Shown piece after piece: positions 19,341 to 28,604 of a stretch of DNA of 64,000 nucleotides. Position numbers and translations under genes: made by a program. The stretch covers positions 15,298 through 79,297 of the forward strand of contig DASURB010000024.1 in assembly GCA_036280235.1 (NCBI GenBank), in the 5' to 3' direction. Every line of letters begins with the position of its first letter. The first letter of the stretch is position 1. The stretch is from Nocardioides sp. Lineage in GTDB: Bacteria > Actinomycetota > Actinomycetes > Propionibacteriales > Nocardioidaceae. The notes below the pieces were generated by a model. The model was given only the letters and a program-made list of their open reading frames with translations. It ran no database searches and was not told the DNA's origin.

Positions 19341-19717
19341 CAGGGGTGCTCGTCGTGGCGGCGGGCCGGCGTGTGCTCCGCCGTCGTCTCGCCCGTGTCG
19401 CCGGGGTCGCTGGCGGCGGTGCCCCGGGCGTCAGGCGCGCCGGCGCCGTCACCTGGGTCAGCGGCGTCGGTGGCACCCGCGTCGAGCTCGGCGGCCAGCC
19501 GGTCGAGCAGGGCGTCGACCTCGGACATCCGGTAGCCGCGGAACGCGGTCGAGAACCGCACCCGCCGCAGGTCCTGCGCGGTGAGCGGCCCGTCGGCCTG
19601 CACCCGGCTGTCCGGCCGGTCGTCGAACGTCTCGGCCATGGCGCCGCCACGGCCGGTGGCCACGACGGCGACCACCCCGATCACCGCGACGACGAGGATC
19701 GCGAACAGCCAGGTCAT
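19340..19717 (-). CDS. DivIVA-domain membrane protein
   Basis: N-terminal TM; VRFSTAFRGYRMSEVDALLDRL. Confidence 0.85.
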   Translation of the reverse strand: MTWLFAILVVAVIGVVAVVATGRGGAMAETFDDRPDSRVQADGPLTAQDLRRVRFSTAFRGYRMSEVDALLDRLAAELDAGATDAADPGDGAGAPDARGTAASDPGDTGETTAEHTPARRHDEHP

Positions 19718-19763
19718 GGCGTCATCCTGACATCCCACGCGTGGGCAACCCTGTCACCCAGCG

Positions 19764-20582
19764 TCACTCCGGCGGCACCGTCGGGTCGCCCGGCTCGGCC
19801 TTGGCCCGGTCGCTCCCCCGCGGCCGCCGCGCGCGGGCGTCGACCATCAACGCGACCGCCTCGTCGACGTCGTCGGTCACGGTGAACATGTCGACGTCGC
19901 GCGGGCTGATCTTGCCCTCGGCGAGCACGGTGCCGCGGATCCAGTCGACGAGCCCGGTCCAGTACGACGAGCCCATCAGCACGATCGGGAACGACGTGAC
20001 CTTGCGCGTCTGCACCAGCGTCAGCGCCTCGAACAGCTCGTCGAACGTGCCGAAGCCGCCAGGGAGCACCACGAAGCCCTGGGCGTACTTGACGAACATC
20101 GTCTTGCGCGCGAAGAAGTACCGGAAGTTCACGCCCAGGTCGACGTACTCGTTGAGCCCCGATTCGAAGGGCAGCTCGATGCCGAGGCCGACGGAGGTGC
20201 CCTCAGCGAGCCGGGCGCCGCGGTTGGCCGCCTCCATCACGCCGGGACCACCGCCGGTGATCACCGCGAACCCGGCCTCGACGAGCTTGCGGCCGACCTC
20301 CTCGCCGAGCTTGTACGCCGGGTCGTCCGGACGCGTCCGGGCGGAGCCGAACACGCTGATCGCCGGGCCGAGCTCTGCCAGCGAGCCGAAGCCCTCGACG
20401 AACTCACTCTGGATCCTGAGCACGCGCCACGGGTCGGTGTGCACCCAGTCCGTCGGGCCGCGGGAGTCGAGCAGGCGCTGGTCGGTGGTGCTGGTGTCGA
20501 CCTCGCCGTGCCGGAGCCGGGTGCGGCCGCGGTACTTCTCGTGGCGGTCGTCTGAACCGTCAAGCGGTGCGTGGTCGCTCAT
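19764..20582 (-). CDS. LOG family (TIGR00730) nucleotide phosphoribohydrolase
   Basis: [33 protein letters not shown]. Confidence 0.92.
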   Translation of the reverse strand: MSDHAPLDGSDDRHEKYRGRTRLRHGEVDTSTTDQRLLDSRGPTDWVHTDPWRVLRIQSEFVEGFGSLAELGPAISVFGSARTRPDDPAYKLGEEVGRKLVEAGFAVITGGGPGVMEAANRGARLAEGTSVGLGIELPFESGLNEYVDLGVNFRYFFARKTMFVKYAQGFVVLPGGFGTFDELFEALTLVQTRKVTSFPIVLMGSSYWTGLVDWIRGTVLAEGKISPRDVDMFTVTDDVDEAVALMVDARARRPRGSDRAKAEPGDPTVPPE

Positions 20583-21643
20583 GCGTCAGCCCCCAGCCAG
20601 GCGTGCAGCTGCTTCTCCACCGAGCGGATGTGGTCCACGGGCACGAACTCCTCCTGCTTGTGCGCCAGGTGCGGGTCGCCCGGCCCGAAGTTGACCGCCG
20701 GGACACCGAGCACGCTGAATCGGGCGACGTCCGTCCAGCCGAACTTCGGGTTGACGGTGCCGCCGACCGCCTCCACGAACGCCGCCGCAGCGGGCACGGA
20801 CAGGCCCGGCATGGCGGCCGGGGCGGAGTCGCTGACCTCGATCTCGAAGCCGTCGAACATCTCGCGCACGTGGGCGAGCGCCTCCTCCTCCGAGCGGTCG
20901 GGCGCGAACCGGTAGTTGACCGAGACCCGGCACTCGTCGGGCAGCACGTTGCCGGCGACGCCGCCGGAGATGAACACCGCGTTGAGGCCCTCGTGGTACT
21001 CGAGTCCGTCGATCACCGGGCGCCGCGGCTCGTAGGCGTCGAGCCTCGCCAGCACCTCGGCGGCGGCGTGGATCGCGTTCTTCCCCATCCAGGAGCGGGC
21101 GGAGTGCGCCCGCTCGCCGCGGGTGATCACGTCGATCCGCATGGTGCCCTGGCAGCCGGCCTCCACCACGCCGTCGGAGGGCTCCATGAGGATCGCGAAG
21201 TCCGCCTCGAGCAGCTCCGGGTGGCTCTGGGAGAGCAGGAAGAGCCCGTTGCGCTCGGCCTCGACCTCCTCGCACTCGTAGAACACGTAGGTGACGTCCC
21301 GGTTGGGCTCCGGCACGGTGGCGGCGGTCCGGAGGGCGATCGCGACGCCACCCTTCATGTCGCAGGAGCCCAGGCCGTGCAGCTCGCTCTCGGTGAGTCG
21401 GGCCGGCAGGTTGTCGTTGAGCGGCACGGTGTCGATGTGGCCGGCGATCACCACGCGCTCGTGGCGGCCGAGCTCGGTGCGGGCCACGATCGTGTGCCCG
21501 AAGCGCTGCACGTTGAGGTGCGGCAGCGTCACGAGCGCGGACTCGATGGCGTCGGCGATCGCCTCCTCGTTGCCGCTGACCGACTCGATGTCGACCAGGT
21601 CGCGGGTGAGGAGCACGGCGTCCTGCGTGAGGTCCAGGGACAT
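20579..21643 (-). CDS. dapE: Succinyl-diaminopimelate desuccinylase
   Basis: [40 protein letters not shown]. Confidence 0.93.
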   Translation of the reverse strand: MSLDLTQDAVLLTRDLVDIESVSGNEEAIADAIESALVTLPHLNVQRFGHTIVARTELGRHERVVIAGHIDTVPLNDNLPARLTESELHGLGSCDMKGGVAIALRTAATVPEPNRDVTYVFYECEEVEAERNGLFLLSQSHPELLEADFAILMEPSDGVVEAGCQGTMRIDVITRGERAHSARSWMGKNAIHAAAEVLARLDAYEPRRPVIDGLEYHEGLNAVFISGGVAGNVLPDECRVSVNYRFAPDRSEEEALAHVREMFDGFEIEVSDSAPAAMPGLSVPAAAAFVEAVGGTVNPKFGWTDVARFSVLGVPAVNFGPGDPHLAHKQEEFVPVDHIRSVEKQLHAWLGADA

Positions 21644-21678
21644 GCGGGACATCCTGCCAGCGAGGGGACGACCCGCCG

Positions 21679-22392
21679 TCAGGACCCGGGCGGCGGGAAC
21701 ACGCAGAACTCGTTGCCCTCGGGGTCGGCCATCACCGTCCACCGCGGCGTCGTCCAGAGCACGGTGGCGCCGGCCCGCTCGAACGCCGGGACCTCGCCGT
21801 ACACGTCCCAGTGCACGCGGTTCTTGACGGTCTTGGGCTCCGGCACCGCGGCGAAGTCGAGGGTGACCCCCGGGTGGTTGGTGACGCCGTGGAGCTCCCA
21901 GAAGGCTCCCTCGTCCTCCACCTGGCCGACCGGCGGCTCGATGCCGAACCGCTCGGCCCACCAGTGCGCGATGCGCTCGGGGTCGGCGCAGTCGACGCCG
22001 ACGGCCTTGAGGCGGTACGCCGGGGGCCGGTCGCGCTCGCGCAGGAACGCGCAGAACTCGCCGCCCTCTGGGTCGGCCATCTGCGTCCAGCGGAAGCCGG
22101 ACTCCTCGGCCGGCAGCGTGACGGTGGCGCCGAGGGCCTCGAGGTCGGCGATCGACGCGGCCCACACGTCGAGGTGCACCCGGTGCTTGATCGTCTTGGG
22201 CTCCGGCACCACACACATCGCGATGCCGCCGCCGGGCGGATCGCCCACGACGACGTTGCCGGCCGGGTCGCCGGCGGAGGTCTGGTGCTCCCCGCCCAGG
22301 ACCGCCGCCCAGAACGCACCCAGCCGCGGGCTCGGCTCCGAGGTGTCCATGCACAGCTCGAGCCAGCGGGCGTCGGGTGTGGCGCCGGTCAT
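21679..22392 (-). CDS. Two-domain VOC/glyoxalase family protein
   Basis: Duplicated VPEPKT.K.RVH.DV and MADPEG.EFC motifs. Confidence 0.85.
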   Translation of the reverse strand: MTGATPDARWLELCMDTSEPSPRLGAFWAAVLGGEHQTSAGDPAGNVVVGDPPGGGIAMCVVPEPKTIKHRVHLDVWAASIADLEALGATVTLPAEESGFRWTQMADPEGGEFCAFLRERDRPPAYRLKAVGVDCADPERIAHWWAERFGIEPPVGQVEDEGAFWELHGVTNHPGVTLDFAAVPEPKTVKNRVHWDVYGEVPAFERAGATVLWTTPRWTVMADPEGNEFCVFPPPGS

Positions 22393-22447
22393 TCGCAGGG
22401 CGGTCCTCTCGGCATCGGGCTCGGCGACGCTGGGTAGCGTTGCACAC

Positions 22448-23455
22448 GTGACCGACAACGCCGTACCAGCAGCGACGCCCGTGCCGACGAGCGCCTGGGC
22501 CTACGGCCTGGCGACCTTCGCCGGCACCGAGGGCGAGGCGCCGGCGGGGGCGCGCGTGCTGGACACCTGGTACCCCAGCCCGACCCTCGGCCGCGCCGAC
22601 GACGACCCTGCCTCGCTGGAGGCACCGGCCGAGCTGGCCCGGCTCGAGGGCGTCGACGAGGCGCGCGGCGTGCGCCGCTCGGTCGTGCGCACGGTCATCG
22701 AGGACCTGCAGGCGCCGCCGGCCGACACCCACGACGTGTGGCTGCGGCTGCACCTGCTGAGCCACCGCCTGGTCACCCCGCACAGCATCAACCTCGACGG
22801 CGTGTTCGGGCTGCTCACCAACGTGGTGTGGACCAGTGCCGGCCCCTGCGCCGTCGACGGGTTCGAGCTCACCCGGATGCGCCTGAAGGAGGCGCACGGC
22901 CACGTCAGCGTGTACGGCGTGGACAAGTTCCCGCGCATGGTCGACTACGTGCTGCCGTCCGGCGTACGCATCGCCGACGCCGACCGGGTCCGGCTCGGCG
23001 CCCACCTCGCCGAGGGCACCACGGTCATGCACGAGGGCTTCGTGAACTTCAACGCCGGCACGCTCGGCACGTCGATGGTCGAGGGCCGGATCAGCGCCGG
23101 CGTCGTCGTCGGCGACGGCTCCGACGTGGGCGGCGGCGCCTCGATCATGGGCACGCTGTCCGGCGGCGGCAAGGAGGTCATCTCCGTCGGCGAGCGCTGC
23201 TTGGTCGGCGCCAACGCCGGCATCGGCATCTCGCTCGGAGACGACTGCGTCGTCGAGGCCGGTTGCTACGTCACCGCCGGCACCAAGGTGCTGATGACCG
23301 ACCACGCCGGCGCGGAGCCGAAGGTGGTCAAGGCGATGGAGCTGTCCGGCGCAAACAACGTGCTGTTCCGCCGCAACTCGACCACCGGCGCCGTCGAGGC
23401 GGTGCCGTGGAAGGGCCAGGGCATCGAATTGAACGCAGCCCTGCATGCCAACTAG
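22448..23455 (+). CDS. dapD: Tetrahydrodipicolinate N-succinyltransferase
   Basis: [43 protein letters not shown], hexapeptide repeats. Confidence 0.95.
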   Translation: MTDNAVPAATPVPTSAWAYGLATFAGTEGEAPAGARVLDTWYPSPTLGRADDDPASLEAPAELARLEGVDEARGVRRSVVRTVIEDLQAPPADTHDVWLRLHLLSHRLVTPHSINLDGVFGLLTNVVWTSAGPCAVDGFELTRMRLKEAHGHVSVYGVDKFPRMVDYVLPSGVRIADADRVRLGAHLAEGTTVMHEGFVNFNAGTLGTSMVEGRISAGVVVGDGSDVGGGASIMGTLSGGGKEVISVGERCLVGANAGIGISLGDDCVVEAGCYVTAGTKVLMTDHAGAEPKVVKAMELSGANNVLFRRNSTTGAVEAVPWKGQGIELNAALHAN

Positions 23456-24425
23456 CTCCAGACGCCTGGTCACCCGCCGCATCACCGCCGCCGTCGTCAC
23501 GCTGCTGCTCGCCGGCGGCATCGTGGCGGGTGTCGGCTGGTACCTGCGCGGCGGCGGGCCGCTGCTCGACACCGACGGCTGCACGACCGAGGTCGGCGAC
23601 GTCGTCGTCGACCTCACCACCGAGCAGGCCGAGAACGCCGCGACGATCGCCTCCATCGGCGTACGCCGCGGGCTGCCCGCGCGGGCGGTGTCGATCGCGC
23701 TGGCGACGGCGTACCAGGAGAGCAAGATCCGCAACCTCAGCTACGGCGACCGGGACTCGCTGGGGATCTTCCAGCAGCGTCCGTCGATGGGCTGGGGGTC
23801 CGCCGCGCAGCTGCAGGACGTCCGCTACGCGACCAACCGGTTCTACGACGAGCTGGAGAAGGTGGACGGCTACGAGTCGATGCGGATCACCGAGGCCGCG
23901 CAGAAGGTGCAACGGTCCGGTTTCCCGGAGGCCTACGAGGACCACGCCGCGGACGGCCGCGCGCTCGCCTCGGCGCTCACCGGCTACAGCCCGCACGCGT
24001 TCACCTGCCAGGTCGACGACGTCGACGGCCTCGACGAGGAGGACCTCAACCGGGACGGACTGACGCCGCGGGCGGCGAAGGTCCGCCGGGACGTCGAGCG
24101 CGCGTTCGGCCCGCAGTCGCTGGGCGGCTTCGCTCCGGGCGGGGTCCGCGACGGCCACCAGGAGGGGTCGGCTCACTACGACGGCCGTGCGGTCGACGTG
24201 TTCTTCCGGCCGGTCAACGACGCGAACCGCCGGCTCGGCTGGGCGCTGGCGCACTATCTCGTCGCGCACGCCGACCGTCTCGACATCGCGACCGTCATCT
24301 TCGACGCGCGGATCTGGACCGCGAGCAAGTCCGACGACGGCTGGCGGAAGTACGAGCCCGGCGACGGCCCCGGCGACCCGACCGTGCGGCTGCATCGCGA
24401 CCACGTGCACGTCGACGTCGGCTAG
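23445..24425 (+). CDS. Membrane-anchored putative cell-wall hydrolase (lysozyme-like domain plus M15-like C-terminal domain)
   Basis: N-terminal TM; [22 protein letters not shown]; [10 protein letters not shown] and HRDHVHV. Confidence 0.7.
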   Translation: MPTSSRRLVTRRITAAVVTLLLAGGIVAGVGWYLRGGGPLLDTDGCTTEVGDVVVDLTTEQAENAATIASIGVRRGLPARAVSIALATAYQESKIRNLSYGDRDSLGIFQQRPSMGWGSAAQLQDVRYATNRFYDELEKVDGYESMRITEAAQKVQRSGFPEAYEDHAADGRALASALTGYSPHAFTCQVDDVDGLDEEDLNRDGLTPRAAKVRRDVERAFGPQSLGGFAPGGVRDGHQEGSAHYDGRAVDVFFRPVNDANRRLGWALAHYLVAHADRLDIATVIFDARIWTASKSDDGWRKYEPGDGPGDPTVRLHRDHVHVDVG

Positions 24426-24604
24426 CCAGCACTGGTGACCCCCGTGGTCACCCGATCGGGGGCCGGCATCGGCCGAACGGACAAATCCGGACTCTCGGGC
24501 GGGCAAACCATCAGTTTTGGTGTCACTCCGGGACGAGGGTGGCGTCTAACCTTCAGAAGTCGGGCCTGAGGGGGGCTCATCTCGGGGCTTGAGGGGAGGC
24601 AGAC

Positions 24605-24889
24605 ATGAGCTCGATCCTGTACACCATCGGTACGGCGCTCAACCGTGCACGCGACAACGACGTGCCGGTGCAGGTGCTCGTCGAGGGCCAATGGCTCTCC
24701 GGCCGCGTCGCGGCGGTGGACGGGCACGGGCTCGTCCTGCACTCCGACGACCTGGAGCACTCCGTGGTCCGGATCGAGAACGTCTCCGCCGTCCGGGTTT
24801 TCAGCGAGGCCCCGCAGCGCACCCCGATTCCTCGGGAGGCGACGCCGATGGGGCCGGCGCGACCGATGGCGTGGGCCCAGGGCGCCTGA
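24605..24889 (+). CDS. Small protein with predicted Sm/Hfq-like fold
   Basis: GGAGG RBS, TAACCT -10 at 24547; LN..R...VPV..LV.G..L.G.....D pattern aligns by eye with Hfq. Confidence 0.7.
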   Translation: MSSILYTIGTALNRARDNDVPVQVLVEGQWLSGRVAAVDGHGLVLHSDDLEHSVVRIENVSAVRVFSEAPQRTPIPREATPMGPARPMAWAQGA

Positions 24890-24901
24890 GCCCTCCTGCT
24901 C

Positions 24902-26020
24902 CTACGCAGTCGCCTCGCTGAGACGGCCTTCCGCCGCCTCGACGCGCTCGTCGGTCGCGGTGAACGCGACCCTGACGTGCTCGGCGCCGGTCGGGCCGTA
25001 GAAGTCCCCCGGCGCCACCAGGACGCCCAGCTCGGCCAGCGCGGCCACCGTGGTCCAGCACGGCTCGCCGCGGGTGGCCCAGAGGTAAAGCGACGCCTCG
25101 GAGTGGTCGACCCGGAAGCCGGCACGCTCGAGCGCGGCCTTGAGCCCGGTGCGGCGGGCGGCGTAACGGGCGCGCTGCTCCTCGACGTGCTCGTCGTCCT
25201 CGAGCGCGGCGCGCATCGCGACCTGCTGCGGGCCGGGCAGCATCATCCCGAGGTTCTTGCGCACCGCCAGCAGCTCCCGGACCACCGCCGGGTCGCCCGC
25301 GACGAACGCGGCGCGGTAGCCGGCCAGGTTGGACCGCTTCGACAGCGAGTGGACGGTGAGGATCCCGGTCGGGTCGCCGCCGCAGACGTCCGGATGCAGG
25401 ACGCTGACCGGCTGCGCCTCCCAGCCGCACTCCAGGTAGCACTCGTCGGAGACCAGCAGCGTGCCGCGCTCACGGCACCAGTCGACGACCTTGCGCAGGT
25501 GGTCGACCGGGAGGACGCGGCCGGTCGGGTTGGACGGCGAGTTGACCCAGACGAGCGAGACCCGCTCGGGGCCGACCGCCGTCAGCGCGTCGGTCGCCAT
25601 CGTGCGCGCACCGACGAGGGCGGCGCCGACCTCGTACGTCGGGTAGGCAAGAGAGGGATAGACGACCAGGTCGTCCGGACCGAGCCCGAGCTGCAGCGGC
25701 AGGGACGCGACGAGCTCCTTGGACCCGATGGTCGGGAGCACGGCGTCCAGGTCGAGGCAGGTGACGCCGAAGCGGCGGGCCAGCCAGTCGAGCGCCGCCT
25801 GCCGGGTCGTCGGCAGGCCGACCGTGGTCGGGTAGCCGGGCGAGTCGGCGGCCTCGCCGAGCGCCGTGCGCACGACCTCCGGGGTCGGGTCGACGGGCGT
25901 GCCGACCGAGAGGTCGACGATCCCGTCGGGGTGGGCGCGGGCCTTCTCGCCGTACGGCACGAGCCTGTCCCACGGGAAGTCCGGCAGGCGCTCGCTGACG
26001 CGGCCCACCGCCCTGCTCAC
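24902..26020 (-). CDS. dapC: Succinyldiaminopimelate transaminase
   Basis: DLSVGTPVDP, NSPSNPTG, SDECY, SLSKRSNLAGYR; downstream of fdxA. Confidence 0.93.
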   Translation of the reverse strand: MSRAVGRVSERLPDFPWDRLVPYGEKARAHPDGIVDLSVGTPVDPTPEVVRTALGEAADSPGYPTTVGLPTTRQAALDWLARRFGVTCLDLDAVLPTIGSKELVASLPLQLGLGPDDLVVYPSLAYPTYEVGAALVGARTMATDALTAVGPERVSLVWVNSPSNPTGRVLPVDHLRKVVDWCRERGTLLVSDECYLECGWEAQPVSVLHPDVCGGDPTGILTVHSLSKRSNLAGYRAAFVAGDPAVVRELLAVRKNLGMMLPGPQQVAMRAALEDDEHVEEQRARYAARRTGLKAALERAGFRVDHSEASLYLWATRGEPCWTTVAALAELGVLVAPGDFYGPTGAEHVRVAFTATDERVEAAEGRLSEATA

Positions 26021-26027
26021 GCCGCGG

Positions 26028-26351
26028 TCACTCCTGGTTCTGCGGCGGGAGCGCGGCGATCAGCGGGTGGTCCTTCTCGATGACGCCCATCTTGGCCGCG
26101 CCACCGGGCGAGCCGAGGTCGTTGAAGAACTCCACGTTGGCGGTGTAGTAGTCCTTCCACTGCTCCGGGGTGTCGTCCTCGTAGAAGATCGCCTCCACCG
26201 GGCACACCGGTTCACACGCACCGCAGTCGACGCACTCGTCGGGGTGGATGTAGAGCATCCGCTGACCCTCGTAGATGCAGTCCACGGGGCACTCGTCGAC
26301 GCAGGCGCGGTCCTTGAGGTCCACACACGGCTGCGCGATGACGTAGGTCAC
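26028..26351 (-). CDS. fdxA: 7Fe ferredoxin FdxA
   Basis: TYVIAQPCVD...CVDECPVDCI...ECVDCGACEPVCPVEAI. Confidence 0.95.
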   Translation of the reverse strand: MTYVIAQPCVDLKDRACVDECPVDCIYEGQRMLYIHPDECVDCGACEPVCPVEAIFYEDDTPEQWKDYYTANVEFFNDLGSPGGAAKMGVIEKDHPLIAALPPQNQE

Positions 26352-26497
26352 CTGGTTCCTCCTCTGTGTTACCGGTGTCGACAGCCTAGTGTGTCGCCCG
26401 GCTCGAACGGTCCCCGGTCCGCCCACTGTCGTGCTCCGACGGTTCACCTGCAATCGTCGTCTTGAGTCTGGTCGTCCATCCCTCTTGGAGGTGCGTC

Positions 26498-27508
26498 GTG
26501 GCGTCCGCGTTTCCGCCCGGTCTCGGTCCGCACTGCGTCGGTCAGCGGGTGGTCGTGCGCCGGGTGCTGCGCGGCGAGACCGGGCCGTCCGGCGGCCCCG
26601 CGATGACCGACCTGCTGGGCGAGATGACCGCGTGGACCGCGACGTCGACGACCGTTCGTGCCGAGGACGGCACGCTGGTCGAGATCCCGCTGCGCGACAT
26701 CGTGTCGGGCAAGCCGGTGCCGCCGCGGCCGTCGGTTCGGCTGCGGGTGTCTCCGGACCGGGCCGAGCGGCTCGCGCTGGCGGGCTGGCCGGCTCCGGAG
26801 ACCGAGCCGCTGGGCGACTGGGTGCTGCGTGCGGCGGGTGGTTTCTCGGCGCGGGCGAACTCCGTGCTGGCGTCGGGGTCGCCGGGGGTCTTGTTGGAGG
26901 ACGCGCTGGCCGCGGTGGTCTCGTTCTACGCCTCTCGCGAGCTGCCGCCGTGGGCGCAGGTGGCGGTCGGCTCGGACGAGCACCGTGCGCTCGAGTCCGC
27001 CGGCTGGGTGTACGCGCGGCCCGGCGAGGCCGACACCTGCTTCCAGCTCGCGTCGACGGCGAAGGTCGCGCGTGCGCTGCGGTCGTTGGTCCCGTCGGAC
27101 ACGCCGCCGGCGCACATATCGCCGACGGCCTCCGACGCCTGGCTGGCCAACGACGCGCGGGCCCTGCGGTCCCTGACGGCCGCGCGAGCGGTGCTCGAGG
27201 GCCCGGCCGAGGTCGGCTTCGTGGCCGTCGGCCCGACCCCGGACGACGTGTGGGCCAAGGGGCGCGTGAGCACCGCCGACGACTGGGCCGGCATCACCGA
27301 CGTGTGGGTCGACCCCGCCCGTCGCCGCGGCGGCCTCGCGCTGGTGGTCATGCAGGAGCTCGTCCGGTGGGCTGCGGAACGTGGCGCCACCACGACGTAC
27401 CTCCAGACGCGCGGTGACAACCCCGCCGCCCTCGCGCTCTACGACCGGCTCGGCTTCGTCACCCACCACGAGTACCGGTACCTGGCGGCGCCGCCGCGAG
27501 ATATGTAA
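26498..27508 (+). CDS. GNAT family N-acetyltransferase
   Basis: GDWVLRAAGGFSARANS; VDPARRRGGLA; NPAALALYDRLGF. Confidence 0.85.
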   Translation: MASAFPPGLGPHCVGQRVVVRRVLRGETGPSGGPAMTDLLGEMTAWTATSTTVRAEDGTLVEIPLRDIVSGKPVPPRPSVRLRVSPDRAERLALAGWPAPETEPLGDWVLRAAGGFSARANSVLASGSPGVLLEDALAAVVSFYASRELPPWAQVAVGSDEHRALESAGWVYARPGEADTCFQLASTAKVARALRSLVPSDTPPAHISPTASDAWLANDARALRSLTAARAVLEGPAEVGFVAVGPTPDDVWAKGRVSTADDWAGITDVWVDPARRRGGLALVVMQELVRWAAERGATTTYLQTRGDNPAALALYDRLGFVTHHEYRYLAAPPRDM

Positions 27509-27574
27509 AGCGGAGTTATTGCGGGTAGGCATCAGGCTCGGCGCGCTCGGAGTCGCATTAACTCCGCTTTACAT
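27503..27574. repeat. 72-bp element with 21-bp AT-rich terminal inverted repeats (MITE/REP-like)
   Basis: ATGTAAAGCGGAGTTATTGCG ... CGCATTAACTCCGCTTTACAT (one mismatch). Confidence 0.8.
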
Positions 27575-28604
27575 GAGTTCTGCGGGCATGCTGAGGCGCG
27601 TGTACGGCGACCCGGCGGAGGTGCTGGAGCGGGTGGTGGCGCCCCGCGCGAAGCGGTACGTCGCCGTGGCGGCTGCGGCGACGCGGGCCGGGACGACGGC
27701 GTACCTCGCGCGCGGGGTGCGGGACGCCCAGCGGGGTGGCGGGGTCGACGAGCGGACGGTGTTCGAGATCGGGTCGGTCACCAAGGTGTTCACCGCGCTG
27801 CTGCTCGCCGACCAGGTCGTCGCCGGGAACGTCGAGCTGGAGCAGCCGTTGCAGGAGCTGCTGCCCGACGTGCGCATCCCGGTGCGCGGGCGGCCGATCA
27901 CGCTGGCCGACCTGGCGACGCACACGAGCGGGCTGCCGCGGCTGCCGCGCAGCATGCTCCGGCAGGCGATGCGCAACCGGAGCGACCCCTACGCGCATTT
28001 CACCGAGCACGACGTGCACGCGGGACTGGAGCGGGCAAGGCTGAGGCGCGAGCCGGGCGGGAAGTGGCGGTACTCCAACTTCGGCGCGGCCGTCCTCGGG
28101 CACGCGCTGGCGAAGCACGCCGGCACCACCTACGACCACCTCCTGAGGGAGCGGGTCACCGGACCGCTGGGCCTCGTCGACACCGTCATCACCCTCCGCC
28201 CCGACCAGGTGCAGCGGGCGGCCCGCGGCCACACCAGGTGGCGTCACCCCACCAACGACTGGTCGATGCCCGCGATGCCGGCGATGGGTGCGGTGCACTC
28301 GACGGCCGCGGATCTCACGAAGTTCCTCCACGCGCAGCTGGATCCGGACGACACGCCGCTGGCCGAGGCGATCCGGCTCACCCACGAACCGCGGGCGGGG
28401 CGGCCGCCGCTACAGGCCGCGCTCGGCTGGCTCGTCGCGTCGCTGCCGAAGGGCGGGCCGACCGTGCACTGGCACAACGGCGGCACCGGCGGCGCGCGCA
28501 GCTTCGCCGGCTTCGTCGCCGACCAGCGCAGCGCGTGCGTCGTGCTGACGACCGGTCAGCGCAGCGCCGACCGGCTCGGGTTCGACCTGCTCAGGAGCAC
28601 TTGA
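27573..28604 (+). CDS. Serine hydrolase, beta-lactamase-like family
   Basis: FEIGSVTK (SxxK), LATHTSGL, YSN, WHNGGTGG; start 27573 or 27588. Confidence 0.88.
   Translation: MSSAGMLRRVYGDPAEVLERVVAPRAKRYVAVAAAATRAGTTAYLARGVRDAQRGGGVDERTVFEIGSVTKVFTALLLADQVVAGNVELEQPLQELLPDVRIPVRGRPITLADLATHTSGLPRLPRSMLRQAMRNRSDPYAHFTEHDVHAGLERARLRREPGGKWRYSNFGAAVLGHALAKHAGTTYDHLLRERVTGPLGLVDTVITLRPDQVQRAARGHTRWRHPTNDWSMPAMPAMGAVHSTAADLTKFLHAQLDPDDTPLAEAIRLTHEPRAGRPPLQAALGWLVASLPKGGPTVHWHNGGTGGARSFAGFVADQRSACVVLTTGQRSADRLGFDLLRST

Noticed and set aside
20567-23734. Very long overlapping ORFs (962 aa and 1051 aa; likewise 838-3252, 35210-37990, 43477-45759, 58129-60498)
   Set aside because: High-GC shadow extensions; only the motif-bearing parts (dapD, dapE, aldo/keto reductase, binding protein, 58129-58836) are credible
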